Below, one piece after another: positions 57,240 through 64,000 of a stretch of 64,000 nt of DNA. Made by a program: the position numbers and the translations under genes. The stretch lies in the IMG/VR virus record IMGVR_UViG_3300050821_013430, positions 372,001 to 436,000 of that record; one strand, 5' to 3'. Below the pieces are notes generated by a model. It saw nothing but the letters and a program-made list of their open reading frames with translations, did not search any database and was not told where the DNA came from. Each line of letters begins with the position of its first letter. The stretch's first letter is position 1.

Positions 57240-57266
57240 ACACCAAAATGCGGAATAAGGCAGGGG

Positions 57267-57911
57267 TTAGGCGAAGAGAGAGCAAGTATCAAAATCATCC
57301 AATTGATTAGGAAGTTGTTCGACATCTAAGAGTCGTTGAAATCGAAGAGGACAATCCAATGGATCATAACTGAAATTACGACTCCGTATTCCTCTTTGCA
57401 TTTTACGAGGAGTGATCTCGATAACCGACTCTTTTCGCGATACAAAATTGATAGCCCTATACTCTTTCTTTTCTTTCACCAGAATGGCATTCTCATAGAA
57501 AACTGGTATCTCAGAGTATTGGGCTTTTTTCAGATCGAGATCAAAAGATTTGGAACTATAACGATATGCGACGCAACTACCGCAGGTACGATGAAAATTG
57601 ATGGCATTGATGGCTTGACTTTTCTTACGAAAGGATTGAAACTTCTCTAAATCAACGCTACTTTGCGACTCGGAGAAATAAGGAGACAAGTAAAAGTCAT
57701 TCGAGGTCAAATCGTAATGTACTTCTATTTGGAAATCAGTTCGACGAGAACTCATCGGATAACCGGTAATAGAAAATGTTCCAATGGCACGCTCGGCCTC
57801 AAGAGCCACTAGTTGAGGTGTCCAAGTATTGAGAGTCAATTCTAACACCAATGTCCCACTACAAAGGGGACAGTTAGTTCGATAATCGAGAAAGTTTTGT
57901 AGAGTAGTCAT
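57267..57911 (-). CDS. hypothetical protein with CxxC pairs
   Basis: CPLC...CGSC. Confidence 0.6.
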   Translation of the reverse strand: MTTLQNFLDYRTNCPLCSGTLVLELTLNTWTPQLVALEAERAIGTFSITGYPMSSRRTDFQIEVHYDLTSNDFYLSPYFSESQSSVDLEKFQSFRKKSQAINAINFHRTCGSCVAYRYSSKSFDLDLKKAQYSEIPVFYENAILVKEKKEYRAINFVSRKESVIEITPRKMQRGIRSRNFSYDPLDCPLRFQRLLDVEQLPNQLDDFDTCSLFA

Positions 57912-57951
57912 CTATCCCAGTCTAAATGCCGGGAGAAGAGATGTCAATGCC

Positions 57952-58428
57952 TTAGCCTAATTGATCGACTACTTGCTTGATTAGGCCGTGCTCATTCTGC
58001 CAATTTTGCACATCTTCGGGAGTATGTTCCTGAGGGGTATGAAGCATTTTTTCGAGCCAATTCATTCTGCCCTTGAAAGCCGGAGAATTTGCATACCAAA
58101 CGCCCATCTCATCGAGAGTGGGTTTTTGACCGCTCCTAATTTTATTGGAGAGGGTTTGGAAGAAGGAAAAAAGTGCCCTGCCTGTAAGATGTTGCTGGGG
58201 AACTGGGACCGTGGTAGGGGTGGCAGGCTTTGGCGCAGGAATACTTGGCGCTGCTTTAGGGGCTTCTGGCACCTGTACATTCGAGGGATCGAACTGTACA
58301 TACTGGCCAGGGCCGGTCATTTGCTTCAATTCCTGAGAATATCTCTTGAGATAGCTCTCGGGGGTTCCGAATCGAGCCAATTTCTCGAATAGTTCAATTT
58401 TCTTCTTCAGATCGTCAAAGTTTTGCAT
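57952..58428 (-). CDS. hypothetical protein with Pro-rich linker
   Basis: 158-aa ORF; GAGGA SD. Confidence 0.65.
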   Translation of the reverse strand: MQNFDDLKKKIELFEKLARFGTPESYLKRYSQELKQMTGPGQYVQFDPSNVQVPEAPKAAPSIPAPKPATPTTVPVPQQHLTGRALFSFFQTLSNKIRSGQKPTLDEMGVWYANSPAFKGRMNWLEKMLHTPQEHTPEDVQNWQNEHGLIKQVVDQLG

Positions 58429-58463
58429 AGGGATTCCTCTTAGCTTATCGTAATGTCAGAATA

Positions 58464-59411
58464 TTAGTCGCCTTCGGTGCCTTGGTCAATGGAATTGTCC
58501 TCTGCTTCCAATTCACTTACGGTCAGGTCATCTTCATCAATATCTTCCGCAAGACCCCCAAACATATCGTCTCCAATTTGATGAACGTCATGATCTTCAT
58601 CGTCGTCGTCATGATGATGGTGGTGGTGATGATGGTGCTCGGATTCTTCAGAATTATCAACATCAGTATCAGTATCAGTATCAACTTCATCATCCTCGTC
58701 GGGAGTGGCTTCCACTTCTTCTAGAAGATTGGGGCCGTGATGTCGTCGGTGTTCGTCTCCCTCAAATTCAACCTCGCCCCTAAACTTACCCTCGGCCTCG
58801 AAGTCGTCATCATCCCCAAACATATCAGCATCCCCATGATCATGCTCCTCGAATTCTTCTTCTATGGTATGACATCCATGATGATGCTCCCGAACCTCAA
58901 ATCTACCGTATTTATCCTTGTCATCAACATCCAAAATGTATTCATCATTAGGATTATCTCTATCACGAGGAGGATCATCTAGATCTTGATGGTGGTAATG
59001 GGCCCGATCCGTTAGCTCATCGCTAATGGTTGGAGGGGGACGATGACGATGCTCGAAATGGATCCTATCTCCCGCAATCAATCCCTGGAGATACATCTTG
59101 TCGATAGAGGTGGTGAAACGAGTAGGCCCTACTTTATTATGGAGAATATAGGCCAAACCGGCTTTCAGGAATAAAACGATATCAGCCAGGTGTCGGTTAG
59201 TACAATCTGAAAGGTCCCTCAATACCAAAACTCGAAGATGATTGAGATGGATATTCAGAGGATAGTTAGGATCGGCAACGACTCGGGCATCAAACTCTGC
59301 GGCAGTAATAATCTCGGTAAGATAGAGTTGTCGGGTAAGAACATCTTGGATCTGTTGTACAACATCTGTGTTGGTAAAAATGATAGCGGGAGGAAAGCAA
59401 TGATGGCGCAT
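58464..59411 (-). CDS. protein with acidic and His-rich disordered C-terminus
   Basis: Globular N-terminal ~100 aa; D/E-rich tail containing HHHHHHHHH. Confidence 0.7.
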   Translation of the reverse strand: MRHHCFPPAIIFTNTDVVQQIQDVLTRQLYLTEIITAAEFDARVVADPNYPLNIHLNHLRVLVLRDLSDCTNRHLADIVLFLKAGLAYILHNKVGPTRFTTSIDKMYLQGLIAGDRIHFEHRHRPPPTISDELTDRAHYHHQDLDDPPRDRDNPNDEYILDVDDKDKYGRFEVREHHHGCHTIEEEFEEHDHGDADMFGDDDDFEAEGKFRGEVEFEGDEHRRHHGPNLLEEVEATPDEDDEVDTDTDTDVDNSEESEHHHHHHHHHDDDDEDHDVHQIGDDMFGGLAEDIDEDDLTVSELEAEDNSIDQGTEGD

Positions 59412-59785
59412 TATTTCCTCGCCGCGAGTCGATAAAACTCTTGGGCCATGGCTACCACGTTAGTTCCGGCAGAAGATTGACCCTCAGTAGAATGCTTGAT
59501 CTTTTCCTGCATAAGAAGGTCATCAACCTCCATTTTGACGACCAACATCATTTCGGAAAGATCGCTGTTGCCCTTGACTCCGTAGCTGATAGCCATATCC
59601 TTAGCGTGGTCGAGAGATTGTTCTAATTCCTGAGCATTAGCATATTCTGGGCGTTCTAAAAACATCGAAAGCCGATTAATAACCCTATCGAGACGTGGAT
59701 CATGAGCGCTGAGCTGGTACAAGGTTTCTATGATCCGTTTCAATACAGGCAGGATGACCTTAGATTTGAGCAAATTCACCAACAT
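59411..59785 (-). CDS. helical hypothetical protein
   Basis: TAATG-coupled to 58464; start reset to MLVNL. Confidence 0.55.
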   Translation of the reverse strand: MLVNLLKSKVILPVLKRIIETLYQLSAHDPRLDRVINRLSMFLERPEYANAQELEQSLDHAKDMAISYGVKGNSDLSEMMLVVKMEVDDLLMQEKIKHSTEGQSSAGTNVVAMAQEFYRLAARK

Positions 59786-59843
59786 AGAAAGATACGAAAT
59801 TATAGCCCTTGACACGGAAAGTAGAGATGAATAAAATAGGGGC

Positions 59844-60410
59844 ATGGAAACACCAACATATAAATTTGCTCTCAGAAAAGATTTAGAAGGGGAGGAAAAG
59901 ATCGAATTTTTACCTACCCGTGCCGAACCAAAGGCCAGCGGCTGGGATGTGAGAGCCGCTCAGGAAGATCGAAAACCAGTCATATTGAAACCATTCGAGC
60001 ATACTAAAATCCAATTAGGATTTCGTGCTTTTTGCCCAGAAAATTATTGGTATGAATTGAAACCACGCTCCTCTTCTTTCGCTAAAAAGAATTTGCACTG
60101 TTTATATGGTACAATTGATGAGACCTATGAAAATGAATTAGTACTAGCGGTACAATACATTCCTTTCTTCGAGTTGGAATCCGATGTCGATGTTGAGTAT
60201 GGTTATTACGGCGATAGTCGTACAACTGTTGGAATTAGAGTGGTTGCTCCCGATTTGGTAATCAATTTCGGCGATGCCATCGGACAAATCGTACCGGTCA
60301 AACGACAGGAAATGCAGGCGGAACAAATCACCAATGCAGATTATGATGCGCTGTGCAAGGAGCGGGGTGGAGTACGTGGGGAAGGCGGATTCGGGAGCAC
60401 CGGAAAATGA
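59844..60410 (+). CDS. dut: trimeric dUTPase
   Basis: SGWDV, PRSS, GTIDETY, AIGQ and RGEGGFGSTG motifs I-V. Confidence 0.93.
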   Translation: METPTYKFALRKDLEGEEKIEFLPTRAEPKASGWDVRAAQEDRKPVILKPFEHTKIQLGFRAFCPENYWYELKPRSSSFAKKNLHCLYGTIDETYENELVLAVQYIPFFELESDVDVEYGYYGDSRTTVGIRVVAPDLVINFGDAIGQIVPVKRQEMQAEQITNADYDALCKERGGVRGEGGFGSTGK

Positions 60411-60985
60411 TATTCGATAAGACCCAGCTACCCTCTTGCGATGGGCTGACAGAAAAACCCAATGTTTGGATACAAACCTATACCGGGAAGAAATTCTATC
60501 CCCTTAACCCAAAGATTGAAGATATTTCAATCGAAGATGCTGCCCATTCACTTTCGATGTTGTGCAGATTTACCGGGCACTCCCGCGTTTTTTATAGTGT
60601 GGCGGATCATTCCATCAGGGTTTCTTATCTGTGTAAACCAGAAAATCAATTATACGGACTATTGCATGATTTAAGTGAGTACATTCTCAACGACGTAAGC
60701 TCTCCGTTAAAACGATCCGGACACTTCGATGATTACCGAAAGATCGAAAAGAATTTGCAAACGCTGATTTGTCGAAAGTTTGGACTCGCAGAAGAAGAGC
60801 CGCTAGAAGTCAAAGTGGCTGATTTGACTATGTTGGCGACCGAAGCACGCGATCTACTTCCCGGCGGACCCCACCCGGACTTTCGTTTGGAATATGTGCC
60901 CCTGCCAACAGTTATTATTCCCCTGTCGCCAGCAGAGGCGGAACGACAATTTTTGGCTCGATATAGAGAATTGACGGGAGTATAG
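60407..60985 (+). CDS. HD-domain phosphohydrolase (YfbR/YfdR-like)
   Basis: AHSLSMLCRFTGH...YSVADH...LLHD.SE...D; ATGA-coupled to dut. Confidence 0.85.
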   Translation: MIFDKTQLPSCDGLTEKPNVWIQTYTGKKFYPLNPKIEDISIEDAAHSLSMLCRFTGHSRVFYSVADHSIRVSYLCKPENQLYGLLHDLSEYILNDVSSPLKRSGHFDDYRKIEKNLQTLICRKFGLAEEEPLEVKVADLTMLATEARDLLPGGPHPDFRLEYVPLPTVIIPLSPAEAERQFLARYRELTGV

Positions 60986-60986
60986 T

Positions 60987-61724
60987 ATGAGTGAATGGAA
61001 TTGCGAAGAATGCGGACAGGATGTCAGAGAGCCCAGTAAGGGCTGCAAAAGTTGTAATCCCGGCTGTTTCCCAGAGCCACTAACTTATGAGGAAGAACAA
61101 CATCTTCGTTATGTTCTAGTCCACGAAAATGACCCCCGTAAGGTGGCTCAGATAAATCGTGAGGATTTTACCGATCCCAAAGCAACGATAGAAGAAGCTA
61201 TGCGATTACAAAAGGAAGAGGGCTACCATTCAATAGTCATATTTGAGAATGGAACACGACACGCCACTATATCTAATGGCGGGCCAGAACGGGTCTATTG
61301 GGAAGAGGAGGGGCCGCGACTATTGGCCACTTTGGATCAGGCACAATCAAAAATCGTAGAATTACTCGATGGGCATTTGAATATACTACATCGTCGGATA
61401 GATGAACTTCGTGCAGATAGCCTGCGCGGCGATAATGAAACTATTGCTGCCCAGAACGAAGAGATTACATTGATGCGTCATCAGATCAAAAAATTAGAGG
61501 GAAAAACTATGACAGAGAAGAAGTTTGTTTATGTGGTGAGTGCAAAATCAGAAGGATGTGATGATTATGGTCCTTGGGTCTTTGCTAAAAAACCTTCGAT
61601 GAAACAGTTAGAGAAGTTTCTGCGAGAAAAGTGCGAGGAGGATTTTACCGAGGAAAATGATGGGCCCGGTGAATGGGGTAGTTATTTGTATATTACTGGG
61701 CCAAACGAAGCAGAAGTGCTATGA
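60987..61724 (+). CDS. hypothetical protein (zinc ribbon plus coiled coil)
   Basis: CEEC..CKSC; long helical segment. Confidence 0.6.
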   Translation: MSEWNCEECGQDVREPSKGCKSCNPGCFPEPLTYEEEQHLRYVLVHENDPRKVAQINREDFTDPKATIEEAMRLQKEEGYHSIVIFENGTRHATISNGGPERVYWEEEGPRLLATLDQAQSKIVELLDGHLNILHRRIDELRADSLRGDNETIAAQNEEITLMRHQIKKLEGKTMTEKKFVYVVSAKSEGCDDYGPWVFAKKPSMKQLEKFLREKCEEDFTEENDGPGEWGSYLYITGPNEAEVL

Positions 61725-61742
61725 GTAAGGTAGTATAGTAGT

Positions 61743-62171
61743 ATGCAGATCAACGAAGCGGGCAAAACTTATACCATTAGCGTCAAAGAGAACGGCGACA
61801 AGTTTTGGTATTACAAGGGGAAATTGCATCGAGAACAAGGCCCCAGCATAGAACTAGCCAACGGGTCAAATGCTTACTATTGGGAAGGAGAGAAAATCAA
61901 ATGCTCTTCCCAACAAGAGTTTGACAAGGCCATTGCTATCAAAAAACAAGCGGCCACAAAGAAATATTGGGATGTGCGTGTTGAGTGTACCCTCCCAGCC
62001 ACGCTTAGTTATCGCATCTTCGCTGCTTCACCAGAAGAAGCGATAGCACTCATCAACAGTTCTCAACCCACTCAGGTCAAATACAAACTGATTGGCAAGA
62101 AAAGCCTCAAGGCAACCGTTTATGACGCGGGCTGTTCGGTCATCAAACTCGTTAAAAACCTACTCAAATAA
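61743..62171 (+). CDS. LHRExGP-repeat protein
   Basis: FWYYKGKLHREQGPSIELANG motif. Confidence 0.65.
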   Translation: MQINEAGKTYTISVKENGDKFWYYKGKLHREQGPSIELANGSNAYYWEGEKIKCSSQQEFDKAIAIKKQAATKKYWDVRVECTLPATLSYRIFAASPEEAIALINSSQPTQVKYKLIGKKSLKATVYDAGCSVIKLVKNLLK

Positions 62172-62172
62172 T

Positions 62173-62649
62173 ATGGAAGCCCTGAACAATAACTTCATTG
62201 TCAAAGATACTGCCAGAGGCAAGGGAGTTTTTGCTAAGGTCGATCTCACTGCAAATCAGACTGTAATGGAATTTACGGGGCCGCTGCTAAACGCTACGCA
62301 AGTAAATAAAATGCCTACCGCCAATTACTTACAGATTGGGCCAAATACCTTTATAGGAATGTCGGGCAAAAATGATGATATGGTGAGTCATTCTTGTTCT
62401 CCAAATTGTGCTGTTGTGATTGGTGCTGAAAGGGCCTTCCTCAAAACCTTGTATGTTATCAAAGTAGATACTGAGATTACTTTCGACTATTCAATTACAT
62501 CTACTGGCATTCCTGCTTGGTCGATGGTCTGCCGGTGTGGTACCTACGGATGTCGTAAGAAAATCAGCGGATACGATTCCCTTGACAGTAAAACCAAAGA
62601 GTATTACAAATCGTTAGGCGTTGTGCCTAAGTATGTGGAGAATGAATAA
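62173..62649 (+). CDS. SET-domain protein (lysine methyltransferase-like) with post-SET zinc cluster
   Basis: RGKGVFA, SHSCSPN, EITFDY, CRCGTYGC. Confidence 0.88.
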   Translation: MEALNNNFIVKDTARGKGVFAKVDLTANQTVMEFTGPLLNATQVNKMPTANYLQIGPNTFIGMSGKNDDMVSHSCSPNCAVVIGAERAFLKTLYVIKVDTEITFDYSITSTGIPAWSMVCRCGTYGCRKKISGYDSLDSKTKEYYKSLGVVPKYVENE

Positions 62650-63314
62650 TGGGACTGAAATACTATGTGATGGATTTGGAGACGACTGGATTAAATTCAG
62701 CGTATCACGAAATTACTGAGATTAGCATTATTCGGGCTGATGACAGAATGCAACTAACTCGTATGGTGCGTTGCGACTATCCTGAGAGGGCTAATTTAGA
62801 CGCTCTGCTCATTACCAAAAAGACATTGGCTGATTTAGCGATAGGAGATGAGAAGGGTGCGGTGGTAGAAAGAATTGACCGCTTTCTGAACGAAGATGGT
62901 TTAGAGCCCAATGGGCGTTGCTTTATTGGCCACAATGTGATTTCCTTTGACAAGAAGTTTATTCACGCCCTTTATGAAGGACTGGGTAGGGAGTGTCCTG
63001 TTTCTTTTTGGTTGGACACTATTCATCTAACTCAAAGTTTCCTCAAAACCGCCGATCTCTCAACTCTTCAAATCAAGAAAACGGCAACGGGAAAACCATC
63101 CAAGAAATTGCAAGACGCTTGTGATATGTTGGGAATCGAAAAGATTGCCGAAGCTCACGCATCCAAAGCAGACACTCGTAATACCTATTTACTTTGGAGA
63201 AAACTAATGGATATTGGAATTGATCATCTTCCTCATATCAAATCATTCCCGCACTGCCTCAAAGAAGACGAAGACCTGATTGATTTTGATCAGACCGATC
63301 TCGAAAGCACATGA
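62649..63314 (+). CDS. DEDDh 3'-5' exonuclease (DnaQ-like)
   Basis: MDLETTG, GHN..FD, AHAS.AD; TAATG-coupled to SET gene. Confidence 0.9.
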   Translation: MGLKYYVMDLETTGLNSAYHEITEISIIRADDRMQLTRMVRCDYPERANLDALLITKKTLADLAIGDEKGAVVERIDRFLNEDGLEPNGRCFIGHNVISFDKKFIHALYEGLGRECPVSFWLDTIHLTQSFLKTADLSTLQIKKTATGKPSKKLQDACDMLGIEKIAEAHASKADTRNTYLLWRKLMDIGIDHLPHIKSFPHCLKEDEDLIDFDQTDLEST

Positions 63315-63961
63315 CGGTCAAGACTCTTGCCAACATCTATTTGGAAATGGAACCCCATATCAAATTGGCTGGCTCCTATACACATCAACGAAAACGGCTC
63401 CCTCTCGTTATTCGTGCTTGTAGGCTTAAGCCTTATGATTGGGTATTTGGAAAATGGAAGAGCAAATTAGCTCTACATCGACACTGGGTCGATGAATGGG
63501 GGAATAGTCTTTTATTAGTTGGTTCTCGTCTTACCAAAATCATTCCCTATGATTTAGAATTGGATACCACTAAAATTGTAGGCACCGACCTATACGAATA
63601 TCTTCCTCCTTCCAAACTCCTCAAAATCAGCAAGAACATTTTTATCTTGGCTGGCAAGGATGAAGATCAGTATTCCGATCATTTCATCGTAGCATTCTAC
63701 GGGATTGACGGGTTTCTAAGAGTTCGCAGTTGTTTGCACGATCAATGGAACATCTGCCCACCAGTGCTACTCGGAATAAAGACACTATACTCTATCGTTG
63801 ATCATATTGGCGAAGAAGGTTGCAAGGAAGTACCTGCGCAGGAAACAATTCTGTATTCCTGTGCTAAACAACAAACTTGGATTAGCGACTGCGAGTTTGG
63901 TGGGGAATTTGTCGCTACAATGAAACAGTATGCTCCAACAGTTTTGGAGTACTTATCCTAA
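63311..63961 (+). CDS. hypothetical protein
   Basis: ATGA-coupled; 216 aa. Confidence 0.65.
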   Translation: MTVKTLANIYLEMEPHIKLAGSYTHQRKRLPLVIRACRLKPYDWVFGKWKSKLALHRHWVDEWGNSLLLVGSRLTKIIPYDLELDTTKIVGTDLYEYLPPSKLLKISKNIFILAGKDEDQYSDHFIVAFYGIDGFLRVRSCLHDQWNICPPVLLGIKTLYSIVDHIGEEGCKEVPAQETILYSCAKQQTWISDCEFGGEFVATMKQYAPTVLEYLS

Positions 63962-64000
63962 GGAGAAACGATGGTTAGCAGCGAGTTAGAGTTCGATGGT

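Noticed and set aside
56099-57300. Cas12f/Cas14 call for either TnpB
   Set aside because: No adjacent repeat-spacer array; both have IS-type 3' hairpin ends.
1-64000. Reverse transcriptase systems (DGR, retron, group II intron), integrase and virion structural genes
   Set aside because: No YADD-type, tyrosine/serine recombinase, capsid, terminase or tail motifs were recognised.

Overview
This looks like a 64-kb segment of a large (jumbo-type) dsDNA phage genome. No structural genes or bacterial housekeeping genes are visible. The host is inferred to be Myxococcota-like, from the style of the lipoproteins and outer-membrane proteins and the abundance of sigma54-type sites. The window has three parts. 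(1) About 0.4-50.9 kb: roughly 130 small, tightly coupled minus-strand ORFs (accessory/early region). These include about 15 lipoproteins, 2 beta-barrel OMP-like proteins, several paralog families, HNH, TnpB, a frameshifted PolX, a hexapeptide acetyltransferase, a polynucleotide kinase, a receiver-like protein, an orphan HigA, tRNA-Arg, tRNA-Glu and an HTH/LAGLIDADG-like ORF. Long intergenic helices punctuate the region. (2) About 50.9-52.5 kb: a non-coding control region with a G/C strand-skew switch. It holds an array of 34-bp units with exact sigma54 (-24/-12) geometry and a G-quadruplex-flanked 32-mer that recurs exactly inside a gene 11.8 kb away. (3) About 52.5-64 kb: a more AT-rich block with proteases, a kinase-like protein, a second TnpB, dUTPase, an HD hydrolase, a SET-domain protein and a DnaQ-like exonuclease. 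All calls come from manual motif reading, with no database searches. Many small hypothetical ORFs are omitted or low-confidence.
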